Origin: Psammoneis japonica
Taxonomy: Eukaryota
DNA: 64,000 bases
NCBI GenBank assembly: GCA_008632985.1
Contig: QPGO01000055.1
Coordinates: 124,001-188,000, forward strand
Direction of reading: 5' to 3'
Numbering within the stretch: position 1 is the first letter of the stretch; each line of letters starts with the position of its first letter. Under the pieces are notes generated by a model. The model saw only the letters and a program-made list of their open reading frames with translations, made no database searches and was not told the origin of the DNA. Below, piece after piece: positions 1 to 11,781 of this stretch. The position numbers were made by a program, and so were the translations under genes.

Positions 1-18
1 TCATTACTCTAACACAAT

Positions 19-514
19 ATGAAATTAGTCAAGTTCTTACAAAAGCTAAACAGAGAACAAGTGACCATTGAGTTAAAGAATGGGACCGTGATTCAAGGGA
101 CAGTGGTTGGTGTTGATGCCACGATGAATTGTCATTTGAAGAAAGCTAAAGTTACAGTGTAAGGATTCCGAATTCCTATGTATGATCTTTCTTGTTGTTC
201 ATGTCGGAGGGAATTCTTTATTCGATGCGAGCGTGTTATTCTATTGCAAAGTGTTATTGTGTATCTTACCGCTAAAAAATCTCTAACTTCTAATTGCTGC
301 TGCTTTTCTGCTCTTTAGTCGCGGGAAGAACCCGGTTTCGTATGCTAATCTGAGTGTCCGAGGATCAACCATGAGGGCGTGGTTGTTGCCAGAATCACTG
401 AACTTAGACGCACTTTTGGTGGACGATGCGCCCAAGAAACAAGTGACTCCTGTACAACCGGCTGGACGAGGACGAGGAGGAATGGGACGCGGTCGCGGAA
501 GAGGACGAAGGTGA
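19..514 (+). CDS. SNRPD1: Small nuclear ribonucleoprotein Sm D1 (exons 19-158, 319-514)
   Basis: Manual translation [41 protein letters not shown]...[26 protein letters not shown]...[16 protein letters not shown]. Sm fold with an RG tail; GT-AG intron at 159-318 restores the frame. Confidence 0.95.
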
Positions 515-776
515 TTCTCAGGGAGAGTAAAAAGTTTAGAGTGGGTTTATGAAGAAAATTGTTCGAGTGAACCTAGTACGGGGGAACCCGCGATGGGATT
601 GGATTGGTTGTACGGTGGACATACGCGCGGTGGAGATTGATGGGAATGGAATGATGGATTTGAACCGCAAACCAAGCGCATCTAGAGTAAGAGAACAACA
701 CTTTTTTTCTCGTACGCAAAATCACACCCCACGCTCACGCTCTGTAGTATTGTACCATTCTCTTCATTCATCCACA

Positions 777-1310
777 ATGAGACGACTTTTGCATGCTCTC
801 TTTGGAGGTGGGGACAGTGATGTTGTCAACAGTGGTTTGTTGTCCAGCTTGTTACTGTGTGGCGCTTGTCCTGCGATTGTTCCTGCTTGGATTGATGATG
901 ATCCTACGCCGGACAAGAACATGTCGCCGAGTCTCTTGGGTTACATTCGCAACAACAGTAGTGGTGAGGACTATCCCCGTGAAACGAAGCCTCGCAAAAA
1001 ATCGAAAAAGAAGCAGATTGAGCCTTCCTTGATTCCTTGGGAATGGATGAGTTTTTGTCAAGACGAGGAGGAGGAGGAGGACGATGACGCGAGTCTCAAC
1101 TCGATCTCCACAGCCTGCAGCGAAGAGGATGCTGAAACGGATTTCCCACACCTATGGCCCAAGTCGGCGTGGTTCGAAAAAGAAGTAGTGATAGACAAAC
1201 ACGGCTGGGAAGCTCCTTCAATGGTGGACGAGGACGAAACGGAAGAACTTTATGGTCTTTCGATTATTCCAGAAGAATCGTCGCAGAGTGAAGATAGCGA
1301 ACGCGGCTGA
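777..1310 (+). CDS. Hypothetical acidic protein
   Basis: ORF 549-1310, with the first plausible ATG at 777 (MRRLLHALFGG...). Acidic, low-complexity C-terminus; no family recognised. Confidence 0.55.
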   Translation: MRRLLHALFGGGDSDVVNSGLLSSLLLCGACPAIVPAWIDDDPTPDKNMSPSLLGYIRNNSSGEDYPRETKPRKKSKKKQIEPSLIPWEWMSFCQDEEEEEDDDASLNSISTACSEEDAETDFPHLWPKSAWFEKEVVIDKHGWEAPSMVDEDETEELYGLSIIPEESSQSEDSERG

Positions 1311-1390
1311 CTCCTCCTCTCGTTGAATACGATCGAGTGAATAGTGAGTGGTAATAAGATTTTAATTAGAAAATTGTGCATGAGTCAATC

Positions 1391-2196
1391 TTAGGACCAG
1401 AACGGATCATCTTCTTCTGCTACACCGCCCATTCCTCCTCCTAGTGCTGCTTCCTCCTCGTCACTTATCGAGTTGGGCACAATCACACTATCCAAATTCA
1501 TGTATTCACCTCCCTTCTCAGCCCACTGTCCCTGTACATCATAAAAGAGTCTCGACTTGGGCGTCATAACATGTACCATGACGGACCCATAATCCAACAA
1601 CATCCAACCCGAATCAGCCGTTCCTTCGGGCACACCATTCCCCTGCGTTCTCATGTCATATGCTTCCATCATGTCGTCCTGAATGGCAGCACAAATGGCT
1701 TGATTCTGCGGACGTGAATTCCCGCTGCAAATGACTAGAAACGACGTGAGCGTGCTAATTTTCGATACACGCATGGCCACGATATCTTCTGCCTTGCGTC
1801 CATCGGCAGCCTTGCAAATTGTAAAAACCATTTCTGCCAAATCATCATCTTCGGGTGGGATATTTGTGTATCGGTCGGCATCGCCCACCAAGTTGGTCAT
1901 GGGTTCATCGATAAAGTCCAGCATGGCATCGCGCTTTTCCTGAGCTGCCTTTCCCTTGCCTTGAGCAAACAGTAGCGTACTTCTTGTCGTAGACCTATAG
2001 AAAAAGAAAAAATACGCAGGCATAAGTCACATAATATTCACATACTTTTTTTCTTGCATTTTTCAAATTCTGACGTGTTCCTACCGCGATGGATTCTGCG
2101 GTGTAGGCATGATCCAGACGACACCAAACAATTTGTGGTTGTCAAGAGTAAAAGATATAGTAACCGCATTGATGCGGTGCTAGTGTTGCACCTCAT
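1391..2196 (-). CDS. rsfS: Ribosome silencing factor RsfS/Iojap, probably plastid-targeted (exons ~2196-2085, 1994-1391)
   Basis: Motifs AADGRKAEDIVAM, FLVICSGNSRPQNQAI and SGWMLLDYGSVMVHVMTPKSRLFYD. The upstream exon encodes a hydrophobic signal-like peptide; intron ~1995-2084. Confidence 0.9.
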
Positions 2197-2797
2197 GTTG
2201 TTTCAAAGTGTTGCTGGTTACAGTAATAGTCGGGTGTTATTGTTGTTATGGATAAAAAATTGTTCTGATGGCTTTGCTCTGCCTGCTGTTGCATCGCAGG
2301 GTCGTTCTTGGCGATATGTCTGTTTTCATTTCAAAATTTGAAATTCCAAATTCCCCTGGTAACCGACCCTCCACGTGAAAGCGAGAATCGGGCCAATCGT
2401 AGAAATTGTACCACAGCAGCTCCCCTCCTCAACGGTCAAAATGCCCTCCAATCCGAAGCGCACAGAAGCCAACGCAACGGCGCAACGACCCTATGGTAAA
2501 GACGTGACGACTTTGCCGCACCAAGTTCACATTGAAAAACAACAACCTTACTGCGATTTAGCGATTCGAATAAAAGTTACAGTATAGGTATGTCTCAGGA
2601 TTGTTTCGTATGTTTCGTAATCCGAGAAATGGATGAATTCGCAGTCTCTCTGAGTGCTATGTTTTTACGAATACTTTCTTTTTGGTACTTTTCTCGGTAT
2701 CTTTTGTAAAGCACACGTGGAAGCAGCAACAAATTCAATACAAACATCAAATATCACTCACCTTTTTATCTATTTTGACCACTCCGCTTTTCTTAGA

Positions 2798-5494
2798 ATG
2801 CGTTTCTGGTTTGCTTCTTGTCTGTTATGGCTGGGAACCGTCTCTGCAGCAGAAGAAAAAAAGTCGGTTCCTCCTTTTTTTCTGCAAGATCCGACCGATT
2901 CTCTCTGTTTGGCCGGCGACGTTTTCCGTCGGTGTTCGATTGATACTCTGTTCTATGTCGTTGGATCTCCCGGTCAATACCAAATTCACAAACGTCCTTT
3001 AGAAGGAGAAGATGAAGAAAGCGATGCAGACGATGGTCTCTGTATTGCAAAAAAGTCATGCGCCGACAAGGACCAGGATAAGACCATGGATGCCAAGCTG
3101 GCCAAGTGCTCTCACTGCGGTGCCAAGAATTGGAACATTTTGGGAGATGCCGAAACGGGATATATTATGACACAGGACAGTGGGAACATTTGTGTCATGC
3201 GAGAAAAGGGAACCAACAAGGCTCTTACGGTCCCGTGCAATCACGAAAAGGCACAGTACACACCGCTTCAATTGCAATTTGCGTCGGCATCGGACATTAC
3301 AGCCATGTCCTCGCCAGCGGCTCGATTGATTGGAGCAGCCAGTGATGGAGATAAGAAATTGGTCCAGTCCTTGCTGAAAACAGAAGACTTGGACGTCAAT
3401 GCCCGTGATTGGGATGATTTGACTGCCCTTATTCCGGCTGCGTCTTCGGGACACTTGGATATTGTCAAATTCTTGCTCAAGGAGGGAGCGGATGTCAACG
3501 CCAAGGATAAGGATGGGATCACGGCTCTCATGGAGGCTAGTATTATGGGACACGTCAAGATTGTGGAAGCACTTCTGGATGCTGGTGCCGAGGTGGACGA
3601 GAAGGCCAATTCAGAAGTGACGGCTCTCTGGCTGGCTGCAGGAGAGGGACAAGTGGAATCTCTCAAGGTTTTGCTCAAGCACGGTGCTGATGCGACTGTC
3701 ACCCGAGTAGATGGTATTACCGCACTCATGACGGCTGGAGTTGGTGGACACGTGGATACCGTCAAGGTCTTGTTGGAAAATGGAGCTGATCCGCGTGCGG
3801 CCGATGGAGATGAATTGACACCACTCATGAATGCTGCCGAGAATGGCAGTGTGGAGATTTTGAAATTGTTGGTGGACGCAGCGGGTGAATCGGAGCCAAA
3901 GTATGTCGATTCCATGTCTACTACGGGTTTTACGGCAGTCATTATTGCTGCGGCTCACGGACACGCCGACGCGATTGAGTACTTGATTGACGCAGGTGCT
4001 GACGTGAATGCAGTCCATGACAATGAAGTCACTGCTCTCATGTACGCAGCAGCATCGGGACACACAGATGCCATGAAGGTTCTTATGGAAAAGGGAAAGG
4101 TCAATGTCAATGCCGAGCATACCAATGGCGGAACAGCTCTCTTAGAAGCCAGTACCGGCGGAGCTGTCGAGGCTATGAAACTTCTGATTGAAAATGGAGC
4201 GACCTTTGACTTTCTTGACAAGGACGGCGTCACACCATTAATGGCGGTTGCATCTCAGGGAAATGCCGAGGCTCAAACTGTTATTCTTGACGCCCTTAAA
4301 ACAAAAATGAATCCCGAGGAACTCGCGAAGCACATTAATCTCGCCTCGTATTCTGGTGGGACCTCTGTCATGTTTTCGGCTGCCGGAGGACATGTCGAGT
4401 GCACCAAGCAACTTATTGAACTCGGCGCCAACGTGAATGATATTGCACGAGCAACACCCGACTATTTGGAAAAGCTGGAAAAAATGATTGAAGAAGGCAC
4501 AGCCCAACAGGACGAACCACATGTCGATGGAGTTACAGCGCTTCACGTCGCGGCCCAATCCGGTCACTTGGAATGCGTCAAGATCCTCTTGGCAGAGGGC
4601 GCCAAGGTGGACGTGAAGGATGACGAATCAAGAACAGCGCTCTTTTTAGCGGTCAAGGGCAATTTCGGAGAAGTGTCAACCGCACTTGTCGAAGCCGGTG
4701 CCGACCCGAATACGGATTATGTCGATGACGAAGGTGTTTCACACAATCTTCTCATGGACGCCATTACTGTTGAAAACTTGGAGTTTGCTACCTTGCTTGC
4801 TGAAAAGGGAGCCGATTTGTATTATACGGACGAGCGCAAGGTAACGACTTTGTTGCAAGCCGCCCATCGTGGATTGAAGGACGTGGTCAAGCTGCTCTTG
4901 GAAAAGCACGATAGCAGCAAGAATAGCGCGTACATTGACAGCGCCAGTGATGAGGGTATTACTCCGTTGATTGCCGCATCATCAGAAGGTCATTTCGAAA
5001 TTGTCAAGATGCTGGTGGACGCCAAGGCTGATTTGAATGCCAAGGACAATGACGGGACGAACTCTCTCATGGCGGCGGCGTCACGAGGCCATGTCAAGGC
5101 TGTAGAAATATTGTTGGAGGCGGGTGCCAATGTAAATGAACAAAATTCAGACGGACACACGGCGCTCATGTTTGCCTACAATGGTAAGAATCAAGTCGAG
5201 ACGCTTTGGGAACGATACAGTCAGTTTGTGGCGGAACAGGAAGCGAGTGGCGAAAAGAAGGAGGGCGAAGACCAAGTTGACGACGGCGGCACTGGTCCCA
5301 TTATTCAAGAAGCTCTCAATAATCACACGGCACTCGTCGACTTGCTCCTCAAGAACGGCGCCGACGCCGCTTTAAAGGATAAGGAAGGACACACAGCAAA
5401 GGATTTTGATTTCCATCCTGATGCCGACTCGGATGTTCTCGATCAAGCCACGATTGCCGCAAAGAAACGCGATGAGAGCAAGAATGAGCTATGA
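2798..5494 (+). CDS. Ankyrin-repeat protein with signal peptide, Cys-rich N-terminal domain and C-terminal KNEL
   Basis: Many GxTALxxAA..GH..VV..LL..GADVN repeats. The start MRFWFASCLLWLGTVSA is signal-like and the protein ends ...KNEL. Confidence 0.92.
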   Translation: MRFWFASCLLWLGTVSAAEEKKSVPPFFLQDPTDSLCLAGDVFRRCSIDTLFYVVGSPGQYQIHKRPLEGEDEESDADDGLCIAKKSCADKDQDKTMDAKLAKCSHCGAKNWNILGDAETGYIMTQDSGNICVMREKGTNKALTVPCNHEKAQYTPLQLQFASASDITAMSSPAARLIGAASDGDKKLVQSLLKTEDLDVNARDWDDLTALIPAASSGHLDIVKFLLKEGADVNAKDKDGITALMEASIMGHVKIVEALLDAGAEVDEKANSEVTALWLAAGEGQVESLKVLLKHGADATVTRVDGITALMTAGVGGHVDTVKVLLENGADPRAADGDELTPLMNAAENGSVEILKLLVDAAGESEPKYVDSMSTTGFTAVIIAAAHGHADAIEYLIDAGADVNAVHDNEVTALMYAAASGHTDAMKVLMEKGKVNVNAEHTNGGTALLEASTGGAVEAMKLLIENGATFDFLDKDGVTPLMAVASQGNAEAQTVILDALKTKMNPEELAKHINLASYSGGTSVMFSAAGGHVECTKQLIELGANVNDIARATPDYLEKLEKMIEEGTAQQDEPHVDGVTALHVAAQSGHLECVKILLAEGAKVDVKDDESRTALFLAVKGNFGEVSTALVEAGADPNTDYVDDEGVSHNLLMDAITVENLEFATLLAEKGADLYYTDERKVTTLLQAAHRGLKDVVKLLLEKHDSSKNSAYIDSASDEGITPLIAASSEGHFEIVKMLVDAKADLNAKDNDGTNSLMAAASRGHVKAVEILLEAGANVNEQNSDGHTALMFAYNGKNQVETLWERYSQFVAEQEASGEKKEGEDQVDDGGTGPIIQEALNNHTALVDLLLKNGADAALKDKEGHTAKDFDFHPDADSDVLDQATIAAKKRDESKNEL

Positions 5495-6297
5495 TTTCAC
5501 CATTATTAACAGATTGGTTTACAGTATTGCTTGTTCTGAGGTACTGTAGTTTCAGTGGCGTTGCTACTTTGGCTTGTTGCCTGCTTCGATTAGACACCGT
5601 ATTTGTTCCTTCAAGAAGAACTGGCTCAGTGATCCGTCTACCTGTATTCGTTGATTTTTGTCATGGGATATGCGAGTTTGCTTCACACCGGAGTGAGTTG
5701 GAGTCTCGTTTTTGACGACGAACCCTGACGTCTAGATTAGTCCCGTCAAGCGCAACGCTACTTTGACATGAATGCCTCTAGCAATGCAGATTTGGAGGAA
5801 CGAATTGACGTACACTACGTACTCCAGTGACTACCGTCGCTTATGCGTTCACGCCTTAATGGTAAGGGAATATCGATGATTTGAACACTTCGTCAACAAC
5901 TTGTCACATCGACATTGTAGTTATGAACAAGTTTTGTCGGCTGCGTTAATAATCTGTCCGAAGGAATCGTCCATTTTTCAACCACCCAACCGTTCGTCTA
6001 CAGAGCAACTCTATCACTGGTGGAGCCGAACCTTTCTCTTGGCTGTATTGCATTCAGGCCAACCTGACGACGAAGGCTTGAACGTGCGCCTGTTGCAGAA
6101 CTGCTCTTTCCCGTCCCTTATGACTTCTCTCGGTCGACTGCAAATTTGTGTTCAAAAGCATCCGATGTCCAGGCGGATTCAGTTTTCGTCGTTGTCTTCA
6201 GATATCAACACCTGGCCTAAAGCGTGAGATTCATTACAATTCCATTGACAGCACCCGAATCTTCTTTATATCTCGACCCTTTTTGTCAATGACCAAT

Positions 6298-9200
6298 TCA
6301 AAGACGTTCGACTGTCTTGTCACGCTCAGAGGTGCATCTTGTGCAACTGAACCAGCATGTCGGATCTGGCAATGGAATTTCAATTCTTTGATCCCTTGAG
6401 AAGAACAGCGTTTCTTTTCCAGTTCGGTACATGATAATAACTTTCAACAAGGATTGGACCCCTTCCTTTGCAGCTGCTTTCGGGCCGGGGTAATCGCCAT
6501 TGACCTGAGACTTACGAAACATCCTCGACCCTAATGTCAAGACCTTGGTTCTGAATCTCACATTGCCCGAACGTCTCATCTTGGATTCAATTGTCACCAA
6601 CACTGGATCTGAGACCTGCACATATTTCGCGTTCGCCTTGTCGTCATTCACGTAACCCGGCATGGCAAGAACATCCTCGCTTTCACAGCTTGAGCTGCCA
6701 CAGTTTTGGTAATCGTTGGTTTTGCAGCAGTCACGGAGACAAATGGGAGATCGATCGAAAATCTGGCAGTAAGACGGGAACTTTTTCGTCAAAGCTAAAC
6801 ATGTGCAGCAACTAAACCTTTCATTTACCGCTCCAAAGGGAGCGCTCAAATCACCCATAATGGATGTACCTGCAACAAAGTAGTTATTGTTCGCGCATTC
6901 GCAGACGCATTGCACTTTGTCGCATCCTCGTGGTCTATTCTGTCTTCCCCTGAGGTCAGAACATTTGTCACACAAAATGTTTGCATCACAATTTGCTTTG
7001 AGGCCATTACCATCCCCGTACATGTATTTATCAGTTATTTCAAATAACGAGTGACCAAGCTCATGCTCCATTGAGTGGTGAATGACGACTGTTTGGAGAT
7101 TAGGCCCGACAGGGAAGCACTTGCTGGCCAACACATGGCTGCGTTGGATGTCGCAACTAAGAAGAAAGAACAAAAGTTAAGCTGACAAAGAAGAGATATA
7201 GAACGAATCTATTGCTGATGCATCAAAGAACTTCTTACCAAAACAATCGATCAATGCCGTTGCAGCCTAAATCACAATACGACTCGTCAAGTCTGGAAGA
7301 ATTCACCATAAAGAAGTTGAGCTCGTCGATGTCTTCTGAAAACATATTGTAGCTTTGCATGAATGTGTAAGTCTTGTTGACGTGATCATGCCAAGCCTCG
7401 TGACCAGCCGAGTCAAATGCTGACGAGACAAACACAATGTTGATTTTGTGCTTTTGAAACGAAGTCCCAAATACGTGCTTGATTGGGTAGCAGTCAGACG
7501 AAGCCATACAAACGCCGCTTCGGCAAGAGGATGACCTGCAGTCCTTGTTGTTTGAGCAAGGCCTTCCAGCACCGACGTAAAGTCCCATGTCCGCGGTCGC
7601 CTCTTCAACTTTTGACTCGTTGCCACCGGTGTCCGGGGATAGCTTGAGCGTGGGTGATGCACTGGTTGGCGCACGAGTGGAACGCGGTGTCGTGAAAGGT
7701 GAGGGTCCTATTGCTGGTATTTGAAATGAAGTCGGCAATTGAGTTGGTATCGGTGTGGGAGGCAATGATGGGAAAGGCGTAGGTCCCTGTCTCGGAGACC
7801 GTGTTGGATACGTTGTTGGTGAAAAAAGTAGGCCTCGGGGTCGGCGCGAGGGACAGAGGAGGTGTTGGAACTAGTGTGGGGATTTGTGTTGGTCTATTTG
7901 TAGGTGCATTGGTCGGGAACGCTGTCGGAGGACGCGTGGGAGGAACGGTTGGATTCTGTGTTGGTGATTAGGCGCAAGAGACGGCGGTGGCGTTGTAGCG
8001 CGTGTCATTGGAGGTTGTGAAGGTTGCTTTGTAGGTGTACTTGACGGAGGAGCTGCCGGTTTATCTGACGGTTCAATAGTTGGTGTATTCGTCGAGATTT
8101 TTGTAGGTAGACCTGTTGGTTGAGGGGGCGTCTTTCCGCCATCGCACTGACATGAAGTATGAAAAGAAACGGTTTAAAAATGATTGAATCCACACGAGGA
8201 TAAGAGAGAGAATAAACTTGATAATGCACTTACTGAGCAGCAAGCTTCGTTTGCAGTGACTCCAAAATTTGCGTAGGAACCCCCGTATTGCTTGCAGTTG
8301 TCATCTATACCATACCAAACACAATTGTAGATCTCGCCGTCAGGTTCATACCAGCCTGCTGGGTCGTCGACACAAACGGTTGGCTTTTCTGTTGGAGAGA
8401 ACGTTGGCGATACCGTAGGCTGTATGTACTGGAGTAGGTGAGGGCGTCGGCAGACGTGTCGGCAATGGGGTTGAGACAGAAGTTGGCTGTATTGTCGGCG
8501 GGTACGTTGGACGACTTGTCACACGTCGATTCTTCCACAAAAACAAATGATTTAAAGCGCGCTTGAACCTATCGCCAGTATCGTTGGTCATTTTATCGTT
8601 TTTCTTGAATTTATTGCCGTTCCAAAAGCAAAACTTAACAGCTTTCCCATTGTCTTGGACAGAGAGCATAATGTCATTCCCATTCCGAGAAGAAGATAGC
8701 CTTACTGGGTTCGGTTCATCACCAAGGTTAGGGCCACTGTACTCTGTTGACCAGCCGCCAATACTATCCCAGATTCTATACTTTATCTGAGACGTGAATT
8801 CCGTTGTGTACGTTGCGAGAGCTCTTCCTGAAGAACTTTCGAATGTGACGGCAATCGCATTGACAGGTTGCGTTTCCACGTTTGAAATCGCCGTCTTGAC
8901 TGATCCCCATTATCCGTCCCAGATGGCCAACCAGTAAGCATAATCCGGGGCCATCGTATTAACAGCCAAGGCAATTCGATTGGTCGAAGCATAGACACCT
9001 AGGGCAAGTTGCTTCACATTGGCCGAGATTTCTCTTGGCGGCAACACAGAATACTCACGACTCCATTCAGAGCCAGTAAAAATGTGGTACCATACACTGG
9101 AAGACTCCAATTTTCCATCCACAACCACCGCTCTCCCGGATTTCTGCTCGTAAGCTACATCGAGTGTCTTTTCATTGAAATTCTTTCCGTTCCTCAAGTC

Positions 9201-9714
9201 GAAACCGCCGTCAAAGTCTCTTCCGTTCCATACTGCGCAATAATCAGAATGTTTATGTACTGAGACCGCTAGGACCATTTCGTTTGAGATGGGATTGGAC
9301 ACCAAGAACAATCGATTGTTGGTACCACTTTTAATCAAAGAGTCGAAATTAAAATTCTTTGCTCCAGTCAGTGCCATTCCATGTGCGGTAGTAAATCGCG
9401 TCTTGTACACCTTTGTTCCACACTAGCAGTGAAACCCATGCCTCCAACTGTTGTCCGCACTATTGTCTAGAGGCGAGAAAGGGAGATCGTTCCAACGACA
9501 ATCGCTTCATCGCGAGACGGTGAGTACGCACCCCGTGTATTAGTCCATCTGTTTCTTGTATTGGTCTCATAGTACCGAATTCAGAGAATTTCCCACCATC
9601 CCAGAGCGCATAGCCAGGGCTTGCCGATCCGCTGTTTGCCCAAATTGCTATTCCCTCGTTTCTTCGCCGCCTGCAGTGACGAGAAGCGAAATGAACAACA
9701 CGAGACTGCTCCAT
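6298..9714 (-). pseudogene. Fragmented gene for a secreted protein: W-N/D-G repeat region, Pro/Thr linker and HExxH metallopeptidase (M64-like) domain
   Basis: Consecutive minus-strand ORF pieces (9460-9714, 8910-9410, 8346-8879, 7235-7765, 6298-7173) with YALWDG/AVWNG/FWNG motifs, PTxxPT repeats, KINIVFV and HELGHSLFEITDKY. Multiple frameshifts or stops. Confidence 0.55.
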
Positions 9715-9926
9715 GATAAGGAGCCTCTACAGCATGGTATGTTTCGCAGCAGTTCGCATATTGTGTCCCTTTGATACCATGAATAGTGACGTCTATCGTA
9801 CATGGGTATTCTCTTCATTCGTCTTCTCCTCTCCTTCTTCCGTTTGATGTCACCAGAGCACCACGCAACCCCCAGAGATTTCAGATTTGAGTTTGTGACG
9901 GCATGCTGGAAGCTGGAATGCGGCGG

Positions 9927-10134
9927 TGTGAAGATATCATATTTCATACGTCATTACATTATGACTCACTGTCCCAAAAATGACTCATAAACATCGGTCT
10001 TCAATGAGAGACGAGGAGCCTCTCACATCCTCACAATTTTACTACAGCTGTTATTGTAACACCTATTTGATCGCCCCAATACTTACTAGTCATCACTAGC
10101 TACCGCTACTGATCTGCTTTTGAGTATTTAAACA
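9927..10134 (+). repeat. 5' LTR
   Basis: TGTGAAGATATC...TTTAAACA; aligns without gaps to 15921-16128 with 14 substitutions. Confidence 0.96.
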
Positions 10135-10156
10135 CGCTTCCTCTGCGCTAAGTAAC

Positions 10157-11466
10157 ATGTCTGATGCCTCTTCAGACGCTTCGTCCGTTTCTGGACCGGA
10201 GCTAGGAGATGTTCCCGAAGATGTCCCATTTGCATTGGCTCCGGCACAAGTGATCACCACGGTCATCGATTATCGTTCGAGTGCGGGTCGTAAGCTTTTT
10301 GAGCAAGCTGCCAAGCCGCTGGACGAGGAATTGTTCGATTGTGAACCAGGAGACCTGTGCCAGTTCCTCAAGAACTTGGAAGACAGAGCCAGAGAGTTTG
10401 GGTGGAATGATGAGAACGGAGTGTTCATGATCCCAGAAGACCACGAAGACATCCTGGAATCCGAGAGGTCTAATCTGTTGACCGACTGTGGTCAGATGGA
10501 CCCAGAGAGGATCCGGGGCTTTGAAGAATCCTCATCGGTGACGAGAGTCGCGCAGCGCAAGATGCCCATCTAGCGTGTCGCTGCCTGATGAACTCCACAT
10601 CGAAAGCCGGAAAGGATAAAGTGAGGATCTGGGAATCAGAACACAAGATCGGAGATCGCACGTCCGGAAATCTCCTTCTCAAGATCATTGTCAGAGAATC
10701 CCACCTCGATGCGAACGCCACGACGAGTGCGATCCGAACGAAATTGAGTCAACTCGACCTCTGTCTCCCAACGATCGGTCATGACATCTTGAAGTTCAAC
10801 CAGCACGTGGCATTGTTGCTTGCCGCCCTTGAGTCACGAGGCAAAACCACTGAGGACCTGCTTGCGAACCTCTTCAAGGGGCACCTGGCTGCTTCCGACA
10901 AAGTTTTTGTCAAGCACATCGAGCACAAGCAAGAACAGCATGAAGAGGGCGAGGACATGTCGGCGTCGCAACTTATGAACCTCGCGGGCAACAAGCACAA
11001 GAACCTGCTTCAGAAATCGCCATGGAACGCCCCTGGTGCGTCTGAAGAAAAGATCTTGGCTCTCCAAGCTCAAGTGGAGGCCCTCAGCAAGAAATCCCAC
11101 AAGAAGACGGGAAACAAGGGAAAAGACCACGACGCGTCTCAAGGTGCTCAGAAAGACGGGAAGCCTGCGTGGTTGAAGAAACACAGGCGTCCCAAACGCG
11201 ACCAGTTGGCCAACCCGAGAACTTGGAAAGGTGCCGCATGCTGTTGGTGTGAGAAGAGTGCCGGCGGCAAGTGTTCTGGCAAGTGGCGTGTCCACAAGCC
11301 CTCCCAATGTGAAGGCAGAGAAGGCAAGAACAAGCCACAGAAAAACGAGTCTACAGCACCACCCCACAAGAAACAGAAGGGACCTGACGGACACCCACGG
11401 CTCAAGCTCAACAAAGCATGCCAAGCCGCAGTGGACGGGCAGGACTCGGGCGAGGAGTCTCAATGA
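10157..11466 (+). pseudogene. gag: copia gag (frameshift near 10530)
   Basis: ORFs 10157-10573 and 10588-11466 join with a frameshift. Motifs IRTKLSQLD and DLLANLFKG, plus a C-terminal W-C..C.GKWRVH zinc-knuckle-like segment. Confidence 0.85.
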
Positions 11467-11781
11467 CTCCTTGAGCACGGCTGCAGCAGTTGTGATGGAC
11501 ATGGGTTGGAAACCATGGCGTCGAAGTGTTTTGCGATCATCAAGGCAACTGCGCTCTTCGCCTGGCAGGCATTCGCCTGCAACTGCACAACCATTATAAT
11601 GACGTCGCTCTCATTTGAAAACAAACGAGTGATCGAACAAAAGCTGCTAGCTTGTGCTCTAATTTTACTGTCGACAGCGATGGTCCTGATCCACATTTAC
11701 TTCTACGCGACCGACCCCAACCACAAGCCCGGACACACACCGAAACGGAAGAGATGGCACCGGGTACGATGAGGGTGGACC

